Positions 53,001 through 64,000 of a stretch of DNA of 64,000 nt are shown here, piece after piece (positions within the stretch are counted from its first letter, which is position 1; each line of letters starts with the position of its first letter). The position numbers were made by a program, and so were the translations under genes. Source of the stretch: Lama glama (Eukaryota); NCBI GenBank assembly GCA_028534125.1, contig CM052832.1, forward strand, positions 19,842,001 through 19,906,000. Direction: 5' to 3'. Below the pieces are notes generated by a model. The model worked only from the letters and a program-made list of their open reading frames with translations. It did not search any database and had not been told where the DNA came from.

Positions 53001-55027
53001 AAATGCACTAATTTCTTCTTGCCATTTTCCAGATTGAAGTTTAACTGGCTTGTAGGACTTCCTTTGGAAATGCTGAGAGGTTAGGATAACACAAATGGAA
53101 TGAACATGAAATGTTCAAGCTGCAGAGTCTCACCGAGGAGTAATTTTTCTTAAAAATTGTTTAATAGCCACTACCATAACAAAGGGATGCTAGAAAATGA
53201 GGAAAGGAAACAATCCTAGAATAAGGGGTTTTGACTAACGAGGGTGAATCATCAGGCAACAGTTTACCTAGGATCTAGCCTTTTCTTTACTTAAAGCCAC
53301 ACAGACTAAGAAAACATCTCTTGCTCTAGCATTTTAGAGAAAAGTTCCAGGATTCCATGACATTTGAAATAAATTACACACACACACCACACACACATAG
53401 TCACATACACATACATGTACGCAATACACATAGGCAGGCACCAGGAAATTGAAAGCTATTTAATAAGTTTTCAGGAGATTAAAAATGTCTTTCAGGAACT
53501 CGTCATGTATTGAAAAGCGCCCCATATTGGACATTACAAAACTTAGACTGATTTGGGCTTTGTCATTTGCTAGGTGTATAACCTTAGTTATTCCATGACT
53601 CAGTAACCTCTTGATTTCCATTTCCTCAGCAGTCAAATAAAGAACTTGGACTAATTTGCTTGAATAGTCTCTCCAATTATGTCCTGAAATCTGGTACTTA
53701 TCCCATTTGAGTCAGCCCCTTATCTGAGAAAAATCTGCATAAATGTGAGCAAATTCAAATCAATTGAAGATCTATGCATAAACAAGTAAAAACCCACTAA
53801 CATTTCCGTATGTCTTAGTATTTTTCTTCATCGTGAAATATTATAACAATAATTTAGAATCTTTTGAGACAAATTTTCATGGAATTTATTCAAAATGTAA
53901 AACTCAATGCAGAATTAAGCAAGACAACTTTGCTAAAGGACGAAGGTAGTTGCAGAGAGATTAGCAATTGATATCAAGCAATAATAATAATTTATTCCAT
54001 TTGAAGCTAACTACAAGGAGCACTAGTAACTACTGTTGCTTGTGTGATCTAGAAAGCATGGAAAAATAAATTAAAAGGAAGGGTTTGAGAATCAGGGTGA
54101 CACATTTTTGAAGTGTTTAATTCATATTTTTAAATGCCATTTCTATTAAAAATGGAGCTATCTTGAATAACTGGCAAACATCAGGACTAGTCCCTTGAGC
54201 ATTATTCTGAGCTGAAATTTGCTTTGACATCAAAGAGCAGAATTTTTTTTAAGTAAGTGAAAAACATTATGCACAGGGCTGACATGAAATTAATCAAGCT
54301 AGGAGGTCTGGAATATTTCCATCACCAATAAGAGCATTTATAATTTCTTTTTGCAGCTGAGGGCTAGGAATACATATGTCCAGGTCCCTCACTTGTACTC
54401 TTTGCTTGGGGGAAGCTAATTCCAGTCTATCCTTTCTTGTGTGCTGGAGGAATGCTCTCATCTCTCACTCAGAATATGAGTCTTTGGTATGTGGCTTTAT
54501 GCGACAGGCCTCAGACCAGAAGAGAGAGATCATCGTCTCAATGCCTTGCTGTCACAGTCTTTCTAGTTCCCTCTGTATTTGCACTTGTTGAGTTTTGAGC
54601 TCTTTCAGGAAGAAATCTTAATCGGTCTCCATTTTGGCTTCTTAATTCAAGTGATTGGGATTTGCCTGAAAAAGTAAACTTTTGAAAATAAAATCAGAAA
54701 CTTAGCACTATATGTTCTGCAAGCTTTCTTAATCATCTCAGCAAATGAAAAGCATTTCCTGTGTATCTCTCTCTTCAGGATATAATGCATGGGTTTGGTA
54801 ATGTTGGCAAATCTAGTTAGGCCTATACTGAGATCTCAAAACTTTCTTCCTTTGAGTGCTCTAATGTAGAGAAAATTCAGTTTCCTGTACATAACTATTA
54901 AATGATAATCAAGACAAGATTTTTTTCTCCATTCACTTAAATGAAAGCTACAAAAATTGGATCTTCAAATGTTTTTCTTTTAGCTAAATGTTTAGTCTTA
55001 TGTAGAAATAAAATCTCTAAGTTTTAA

Positions 55028-55164
55028 TTTTGTTTTGCTTTGTCTTTTCAGGGGAGAGGTAATTAGGTTTATTTATTTATTTTTTTAACTGGAGGTAATG
55101 GGGATCGAACCCTTGACCTCGTGCATGCTAAGCATGCACTCTGCAGCTGAGCTATACCCTCCCC
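55028..55164 (-). mobile_element. tRNA-Ala-derived camelid SINE (Vic-1-like), young full-length copy
   Basis: Reverse complement: ggggagggtatagctcagctgcagagtgcatgcttagcatgcacgaggtcaagggttcgatccccattacctcc...aaataaacctaattacctctcccc plus an A-rich tail. Perfect TSD taagttttaa at 55018-55027 and 55165-55174. Confidence 0.95.
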
Positions 55165-56499
55165 TAAGTTTTAAAATATCTTTAGTGTGTAATTATTTTA
55201 ATAGAGCCAAATATCATAATGCTATGGAAAGCAATTACATTTTCTTGTATGATTAACCTACTTCATGAGTTTAACATTAACACCTAACTAATTCTTGAAT
55301 ACCATGTTACTGCAGAAAAATCTGTTGATTTTCCCATAAACAATGAGGAAGAGTGTTTCTTCTCAAATGTTTTCTTAGGGTTTTGGAATATAAGCATTTT
55401 ACTTTGGTTGTATTACAATTAGAAGAAATATACATAGTTTTATTTAATTTTATTTCTTAATATAATGATTCTCTAACAAACACTTTAAAGTGAGTTGTTT
55501 TCTGACTAAGTATTTGATTAAGTTATTTAAAAGCGGTAAAGAATTAAAAATAATAAGTATGTACAATAATGTTTCTTAGGCATGAGCTTCAGATTATATA
55601 ATCAACAATGATTTAATTGTTGTCTTATTACTACAGATTAAGTGTATAAAGTATGTCATCGATGTAGTAATTTAACATAACTCAAGATAAACAGCTATTA
55701 ATTATTTAAGTAAGCACTGATAATTGTTACATAAATTAACATGCAATTTAAAGTGATTAAAATTGTATGCTTTTGATATAGTATCATCAAATTTGAGAAA
55801 TAAAACCAGAAGGGAATTATGAGCACAAGAGGTTTTGTGACTTTGAGATTATCTGTTATTGGTATGTGTGAATGAGTTTCTAGTGTTAGATTTTCTTTCA
55901 GTTCCCTGTGTAGTTACTCGTCATCCTCTTTTAGAGACACATCGATTTGCACCAGCTTACTGGACATTATGAAATTCTTCAGGGTTAGTTTTTTGTAAGA
56001 GTATATGCTGAATAGCCTTTCTTTTCATGTGGAGGTGAAGACACAGGAGAATGCAATCACCAAAGTGAAAGCAGCATCAGGGTTGTCTATGCTTAGAGGT
56101 GATGGGAGCTGACATTTGGAGCCGAACCAGGGAAAGCCAGGGGAACAGGAGGCAGAGCTAATCAGCAATAAGAAAGTCTTTCTTCAGGTGAAAATGCTCA
56201 GTGAGGAAGCTTGTAGTGGAAAAAAGAAAAAAAATATGCCCAATGAGGATGGCAATGTCTGAGATGAATTATTTATATCCTGGAGACCTGCTCCTGAGAT
56301 GCTCACTTCACCAAATTAGGCCTTACAAATACATCTGTGGCTAATGTAGTGAAAAATCTCAATGCAGAGATGAAAACATAGTCAAAACTTACCAAATATT
56401 AATGAAAAGCCAGAAGAAAGAGAATGTCAAGCTTACTAAAAATAATGGCTTACACCCAAAGAAATAATTATTAGGAAAGTAAGGAAAAGATTTTAAAAC

Positions 56500-57700
56500 A
56501 TTAAGGAGAAGTCTAATTTTCAACAAATATGCATTCAATAAAAAAGAAATAACAAATGGCACTAGACAGATTTGAAAATCACATTGAAAAGTATACTCCA
56601 TTCATATTTTGCATCACATAAGAATGGGTAACTCAAAGTAGATCATAGACTTAAATGTAAAATCTAAAGCCATAAGAATACAGAGGAGAAAACTGTGATT
56701 TGGGGCTTTGCAACTACTTCTTAAGTGTGGCACCACAAGCAGAACAAATAAATTGCTAATTTGAATTTTGTCAAATATATGAATGGCTCCTCTTTGAAGT
56801 ACTCTAAGATAACTAAAGACAAGTTATAGAAAAAGCAAATCACATATATACAAACCACAAGTTGATTAAAGGACTAGTATTTAGAATACATACAGGAGTC
56901 TCAAACCTCAGTAAGAAAAACAACCCAATAATGGACAAAAGATTTGAACAATCACTTACTGAAAAAGATCTGTGGATGATAAGTAAACGCACACAAAAAA
57001 GATGCTGAACATCATTAGTCATTAGGAAAATACAAATTAAAACCACATTTGAGAAAGCAACATTGCCAAGCACTAACAAGGATGTGGAGCAACTGAAACT
57101 CTTACATATTGCTGATGAGAATGCAAAATGGTACAAACACTTTGGAAAACGTTAAGCATTTCTTAGAAAGTTAAGCATACACTTACCACACAACCCATCA
57201 ATCTCAATCCTATGTATTTACCCAAGAGAAATTAAGATTTATGTTCACACAGACACCTGCAGCTTTAATCGTATGACACAAACTGGAAACAACTCCAATG
57301 TCTCTTAAATGGGGATGGAGTAAACAAACTGTGGTATAGCCATACAAAGAACTGCTACTCAGCAATAAAAAGCAACAAATCTTTGATACATTAAACAACC
57401 ATAGATGGATCTTAAATGCATCATGCTAAGTGAAGGAAATCAGACTCACAGGGTACATATTGTATGATTTCACTTACATGATGCTTTGCAAAGGCAGAAC
57501 TGTCAGTAGTCATCAGGGAACAGGAGGGAGGATAAGAGTTTGAAACAGACAAGGGGGAATGTTTTTAGGTGACAGGTATCTGAACTGAGGTGATGAGAAT
57601 CTTACATGACTAAGTATTTGTCAAAACTTGTAGAACTGCACTCTAAAAAAGGAACAGTTTTACTAAATGTAAATTACATTTTAATAAAACAAAGAACAAA
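56500..57700 (+). mobile_element. L1 ORF2 3' portion and 3' UTR (old L1M type)
   Basis: gatcatagacttaaatgtaaaatctaaagc...gatgctgaacatcattagtcattagg...ggatgtggagcaactgaaactctt...atggtacaaacactttggaaaac...aaatgtaaattacattttaataaa. Confidence 0.9.
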
Positions 57701-59074
57701 AAGCCCCAAACCTTAGGGATATAAGAAAGAGTATTGGAAACATAATATAGCATATAAATAAATGAATAAAATTTAGTAAAAAATATGGCTATAAGAACAA
57801 GCAGTTCTTAGAGATCTTAGAATAAAAACAGTAATTGTTGATTTGTAAAATCAGGACATAGACTGACTAGAAGAATGACAAAGATAAAAGAAAATTAATG
57901 TCAAGTATAATTCAAATAAATCATCAGGGACTATATCATATTTATAAAAATACATTCTTGACAGACAAGTGACTCAGTAACTATGAAAATGAAAGTAAGA
58001 GGAGAGTTATATTAGTATAGATTAAATTAAATCAGATTAGGTTATTAAAATTGTGAAAAAAAAAGTCATGTAGAACAGTGAGTAATGTTAAACACTGAGT
58101 GAAGTTATGTATGATGTACATGTGAAAAAAAAAAGATAAGAACTTAAAAATTTCCATTGGCTTGTTACCCTGGAAATCAGTGATTCACTCATATGACTCT
58201 ATCCCCACCATGTTCAGGAATAAGGCAAAGAGAATGGCATTCCATTTTTGTTACCAGTTCCAGAAAACAGGCCACATCAATAAGAGAGCTGACCGATGCC
58301 CTGACTCTTGATGATTATGAAATGGTTGCTTAGTATTGAGATCTCTGCTAAAGCTGCCAAGAAAAACCAAAGGCCTCCACGACTCTGCTCTACAGCAGCA
58401 AACACAAAGGCATAAAAGCTTCACCTCCACCTCATTTTCTCCTTGGAAATCTCACCCCACTGCATCATTCTCATAGGGAACAAAACACATCTGGACTACT
58501 AGTTCTAGGGAATGTAAGCTTTCACTGTCTAGCTTCTTCACATCTGCACATCAGGAGTTTAAAGTTGATGTTGAACAATCTGCCACACTCATCAAAAACA
58601 TCGTCTGATTTGTTCTATATTTATACACACATACACAGAGAGATAACATACATATATACATAAACGTATACATGATTGTGTTGTGTTTAAACAGAACATT
58701 TCTGTGCCTTCACAGAAATGGACTGGGCATCTGATGTGGAAGGAATATTTACTTTTTATTATAATACTTGTTTGTATTGTTTACACATATGCAGGTACTT
58801 TTTACCATATGCAGGAACTCTGTTTTAATTAAAAGACTGGGCTTTGAAATAAAAACTTATACAAGATGTTTTCATGCAGAATATTTTATTTGGTCTTTAT
58901 AGCAATGTTGTAAAACAGATTTGGCAAACATGTTTACTCCCATATTACAATTCAGGATGAGCTGCAAAATTGTTTGGTGTTCAAGTTCACAGGATTTGAA
59001 GCATGTGAAAACTTACTTAAAAGTTTAATATTAATGGGACAGGCTAGCCTTTTCTTAGGGTGATTTTAAAATAT

Positions 59075-59560
59075 TTATAAAAATTAAAAATATTTGTACC
59101 CTCATTTTTAGCATTTCTACTTTTTGGATTTTATTCTGTATAAACATTCCCACAAGTGTTTGGGGAGACATCTACAAGAAAGTTTATTGTAGTTTTTCTT
59201 TGTAAAACAACCAATGAAAAGAATCTAAATACACATCAATATGAAACTGGTTGAATAATGAAAATCTACACAGTCCTTGAAAATAAAGAAGTAGGTAACG
59301 TATGGACAAGTAAAATACACCATAGATATATTAACTGAAAAAAAAAGTTGAAAAATAATGTTTTTGATTCCTGTGTAACAGATGATAGTAATATTAATGA
59401 TAAATATGTTAATACTCATGAAAAGCATTGTAGTTATATGCACCAAATTACTTAGAGTGCTTATTTCTGATCAGGGGAATTTTCAGAGGCTTTTGTTTTT
59501 AAGCTATGTTTATGTGACATCTGTAGTTAATTAAGCTTTGTGTAATATTTGCAATCTGAA
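59075..59560 (+). mobile_element. Very old L1 (L1ME-type) 3' fragment
   Basis: tagcatttctactttttggattttattctg...tctaaatacacatcaatatgaaactggttgaataatga. Confidence 0.6.
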
Positions 59561-60539
59561 AGTAAAGATATAAAAGTAAGATGATAAAATACTAGATGGT
59601 TAAAATACATGATTTCAGTGATTCTCACTATATATAATATTGTATGAGTTTGGCCTGTGAGTCTCCTAAAAGCCCAAGCAGATGTAACAGTTTGTTATCC
59701 CTGACCCTTAAGGAGAGTGGTCTAGTATAAGAGAATTTCTAGATAACTGAATGTTAGAAGATCTGCATTTGAATCAAAACTCAAATCATTTCTTCTGCAA
59801 GTCGTGTAACATAGCTGAGTCACAGTTTTTTCATCTATAAAATGGTGGTGATAAAAATACATAGAATGCTGCTTGGAGGGTTAGATACAATGATTTAAAG
59901 ATCAAATTGAAAACTAAAAGCCAGTATATTGTTAATGAGAGAGATTAAAAACTACTTTCTAAAGAGCTGTAACTATACTTTTTCAAGACCAATCCTTGAA
60001 AGTTTCCAAGAAAATAAAAATGCATAGATTCCCTGAAATAGCCCTTGTGGAATGCCACTGGCCAGGCTGACCACCAACTCCAAGGCTGAGGACAAAGAGA
60101 AGAGATCCACATCATAGAAGAAAAATCCAGAGCTCCTGGGTGAAATACAAATATAGGATAGTTAAGAGACTAGCAGCACAATGTGAATCCTAAGAATTGT
60201 TATGATTATTTTGATAGTTGTTTCCAATTTATCAACTCCAGTTTTGGGATATAGGTGGTATGTTGGTTGCCTGTTACAACAATTGGGTTTTGTCTGGAGT
60301 ATTGTAAGCCATGGACACTCCATTAATTTGCATGTTGACATTCCTACATCAAGTTAACAAAAATTTCTCTGTAGAAACAAAATAACCATATATTAATGTA
60401 ATTCAAATTTACACAATTCATTTCCTCATGAAATATTTAGGGATTGGACAGGCATAGTACAATTTAGATACTTTAATAATATAAAAGAGTTTTCTATTTT
60501 ATTGTGATGTTAATTCAGTTTATTTTATATTTTAAACCT

Positions 60540-61995
60540 TTATTCCATTTATATTAGGAGTTATTTCATATGTATGAAAAGTATAGAGAATGACAAAATG
60601 ACATCTACATACCCACTACCCAGATCTGTCAAATTCTGATGTTTTGCTATGGTTGCACCAGTCATTTTTAAGAAATAAAATACTTCAGGAATACTTGAAG
60701 ATCCCTATGTATCCAGTAAGAATTTTCTTCTCTACTCGGAGATAATGACACCTTGAATTTGATGCATTATCATTATCATCATACATTTCTCCACACTACT
60801 ACTACATAAATAGGTATCCACACACAATATGCAGTATTGGTTGGCAAATGTTGACTATATTTATAAAAACAAATATGCACTGTATAGATTCTTGTGCAGT
60901 TTGGCTTTTTTACACAACATTATATTTTTATCATTATTCATATTAATAGCCGTAGTTTTTTTTTCCAATCATTTAAACTTTACTTAGCATCCTACTGTGT
61001 GTATGTATCAGAAATTTTTAAATTATCTTTGATTATTTTAAATTATTTCCATTACTTTTCCTATCACAAGCCATGCTGCTGTAGATATTCTTTTACACGT
61101 CTCTTTGTGCATATATACATGTTTCTCTAAGATATATATGAAGATGCAGAATTATAGGACCAAAGAGTATTTGTTTCATTAACTTTACTAAATACTGCAA
61201 AATTGTTCTCCAAGGAAGTTAACCTAATATAAAATCCCACTATCAGAGTAAGAAACTTCCCTTACTCTATATCTTTTTCAGCACATTTTAAATGTGCCAT
61301 TCTGATAGATGCTAAATTATGCTTCAGTATTTTAATTAGCATTTCTGATTGTTAATAGAATGCAGCATGTTTTTGTTTCTTTTGGCCATTTGAGTTTCCT
61401 CACCCAGGTATTCCTTATTCTTAATGATTTCCCATTTCCAGTTGGAATAACTCTATTTACTATAGATTTGGGGAAAATAACTATATAATCTGAATGCTAA
61501 TCCTTTGTTGATTAGGTAGATGCAGATAGAGTTTTCTGAATAGTAGCTTATCTTTTCTACTTTTCAAAATGCTCCAATGTTTTTACTCTTAATGCAGTCA
61601 AATGTGTTTATCTTTTTTTTTTCCATAGTTTAAAATTTGTATGTCTTGTTTGAACAGAAAATCATCTCCTGGCCATATATATACAATATTTTTCATATTT
61701 TCTGATAAAAGCTGAATGACTTTGCTCTTTATGTTTAGTTTTTAACTCTTTCTATACTACAGTTTTTGTATGGTGTGAGGTAGGAATCAAATTTTAATTG
61801 TTCCGTCTGCAAGACCAGTTGTCCTAGCAACATGTATCTTTTTCCTGATGCTTTCTAATTTCACCTCCGTTAGACATAAATTTTCACATAATGCATGACT
61901 ATGTTTCTTTGCCTCGTGTATTGTTTCACTTGCTTTTTTTCCCCTCTCCCCGCACTTAATTTTATATTTACTATGGTCTACTAATCTTGATATCT
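60540..61995 (-). mobile_element. Old L1 (L1ME-type) 3' region
   Basis: gaaaagtatagagaatgac...catctacatacccactacccagat...attgttctccaaggaag...ttttgtatggtgtgaggtaggaatcaa...ccagttgtcctagca. Confidence 0.8.
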
Positions 61996-62900
61996 GACTG
62001 GAGTTAAAAATATGTTAGGAAACACAATTCTCAGGCTGACTTTTATTTTATAGTTTATTTTATTTTATAGATTTATAGTCCAATCTTTTTTTACTTCTCA
62101 GTTTTGATAAGGGTTGGAAGGGACTCCATGGATTGAGGGTTTGGGTTCTTAGACAGAATCTTTGACACTCTTCAATGATTAACTCTGTAACAATACTCTG
62201 AAATGGTGTAATCACTTTACCTTAACTCCCTTCTCTGAACTAACCACTGCTCTCTTCTCATTATTATCCACCATCTCTGCCAGCAGGATTTCTGCTCCAC
62301 AGTGAACATGCCTTTGGGTGGGCATCATTAGTCTCTGTCTGCCCTCCTGCTCTCGCTTTTGGGAATGGTTCCACTCTATGTGAAAGTGAATAGTATCTTG
62401 CTTTCTCTTTGATATATCATCGTTAATGAATGAGAATTAGAATAACTTTTCAACTGGGTGTGCAATTTTGTTTGACTAAACAAGAGAAAAAGTAGATGAT
62501 AGGGTCTCTCTGGAAATGTGTTCAAACTGTGCTCTTTGTTACAGTGTATGTGGCATTTAGTAATGGAAAATAAGAACACCCCCCCCCAAGCACCATTTAT
62601 ATAAAGTAAAGAAAATGAAGCTATTTGTGCATGACAGTTTGGTATGTGTCCTATGATTCTAATGCTATTTACATAAAGAGTGTTTACAGAGAGCCACAGT
62701 TTATTTTGAGCAGAACACAGAAAAAGGAGATATTCCATACCCTTTAGAATAAAAATAAATGTGATAGGAACCACCAACATTCTTGTCTATTTTTACATAT
62801 TTAATTTATTATTGTTAATTTTTTATTTTTGTTTCTTGTTTATGTTTATTTTTGTGACTTTTTGAATTTTATATATACACACTTTCTCTCCTTTCTCCTC

Positions 62901-62944
62901 CACACATATATATATACATATATATATATTATATGTATATATAC
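62901..62944. repeat. (TA)-rich microsatellite / low-complexity sequence
   Basis: cacacatatatatatacatatatatatattatatgtatatatac. Confidence 0.85.
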
Positions 62945-63214
62945 AGGAAAACTATTAAGTAAAGTATATAAAAATATTTTAGTAGTTTTTGAATGATAAT
63001 ATAATATTAAACACACAAACACAACAGTAACCAAAGTTTTAATAATTGGATACTTGGAATGTACTTTGTCTAAAACACAATAAAGTGCAATTTTTTCCCC
63101 TAAACTTCTGTATAATATACTCAGGCACTCAGACACTGTAGTAAGCCTTTCAGACTATATAAGTTAGAACTGTTTCCCTGAATTACACACCAATGACCTG
63201 GGTCAGTAAGCTTG

Positions 63215-63750
63215 TTGATTTGGCAAACATTCGTGGAGGGCCAGCTATATGCCAGGCACTGTGCTGGGCACTGGGGCTGCAGTGGTGCCCATAGTAGCAA
63301 GTCCCTGGATTTCCTGGAACTTAGATACTGACAGGATACTTATATATTTTTAAAAAGACTACAAAATTACATGTATTTGTACATACTGATAAATACTGTG
63401 ATGTGTGATGAGAGCCTTTGGCTGCGAGAATCAAGACTTTGGTGGTGAAGTGACATTTAGATGAGAATTGAAGGAGGATCAGCTTTCCAGAAATGAATGG
63501 CAGGAATTGGTCTGGGGAGAAGACCAGAACTATGCAAAGACCCTAACATGGAGAAAGAAGTTGTTATGCCAAAGAAACAGAAAAAAAAAAAAAAACAACT
63601 AGTATGTGTCTCATTGAGGGAGAGTGCAAGGTATGTGGGGTACCAGGCATGAAGGGACTTATTATCAAGGATTTGGGATATTTCCCAAGTATAATATCAA
63701 ATTACTGAAGTGTTTCATGTGATGAAATATCATAGTTGAAGTTAGTTTTG
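63215..63750 (-). mobile_element. L2 fragment
   Basis: ggcaaacattcgtggagggccagctatatgccaggcactgtgctgggcactggggctgcagtggtg is the canonical antisense L2 3' end. Confidence 0.85.
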
Positions 63751-63789
63751 GTACTAATAGCTATCATTCTTAAGTCCATATTATAGATC

Positions 63790-63985
63790 AGGCTTTGGGC
63801 TAAGGGTTTTATCTGATTTAATTCATATTCACAACAACCCTAAAATCACTTCCTAAATGGGGGAAAAGTGAATCTGAGAACTTGTGCTACTTTCACCGAA
63901 ATCAGTGTGCTGAAATTGGCAGAGCTGAAATCAGAATTTAAGGCTCTATCTCTGAAGCTCAAGTTCTTAAGCATTCTACTAACTG
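63790..63985 (-). mobile_element. MIR fragment
   Basis: tttaattcatattcacaacaaccctaa...aaattggcagagctgaaatcagaattta...tctgaagctcaagttcttaagcatt. Confidence 0.7.
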
Positions 63986-64000
63986 ACTTTCTGATGTATT

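Noticed and set aside
694..63136. Six-frame ORFs of 60-145 aa as protein-coding genes
   Set aside because: None resembles a cellular protein I recognise. Those with recognisable motifs are L1 ORF2 (3557-3823, 44593-44841), ERV-L integrase (9416-9613), antisense SINE (30776-31054) or antisense 7SL (47106-47288). The rest look like chance ORFs.
1..64000. CRISPR arrays, operons or prokaryotic defence systems
   Set aside because: The sequence is mammalian and has no regularly spaced repeat-spacer structure or dense coding.

Overview
This is AT-rich, CpG-poor mammalian genomic DNA with no recognisable protein-coding exon, so it is intergenic or deep intronic. Two young tRNA-Ala-derived SINEs of the camelid Vic-1 type and two cetartiodactyl-type L1 3' ends point to a camelid (alpaca/llama/camel). 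Much of the window is decayed interspersed repeat: L1M fragments, L2, MIR, MaLR/ERVL LTRs, hAT and Tc1/mariner DNA-transposon fossils, and a ~3 kb ERV-L provirus relic (RT, integrase, dUTPase and an LTR16A-like 3' LTR). There is also a 3'-truncated 7SL RNA pseudogene on the minus strand. The six-frame ORFs are chance ORFs or repeat-derived. The best non-repeat signal is a candidate TATA/Inr core promoter with a 112-nt non-coding first exon and a consensus splice donor at 48377-48525, inside a repeat-poor block that retains CpGs. I found no convincing novel biological system. Repeat subfamily names come from my recall of consensus sequences, not a database search, and most repeat boundaries are approximate.
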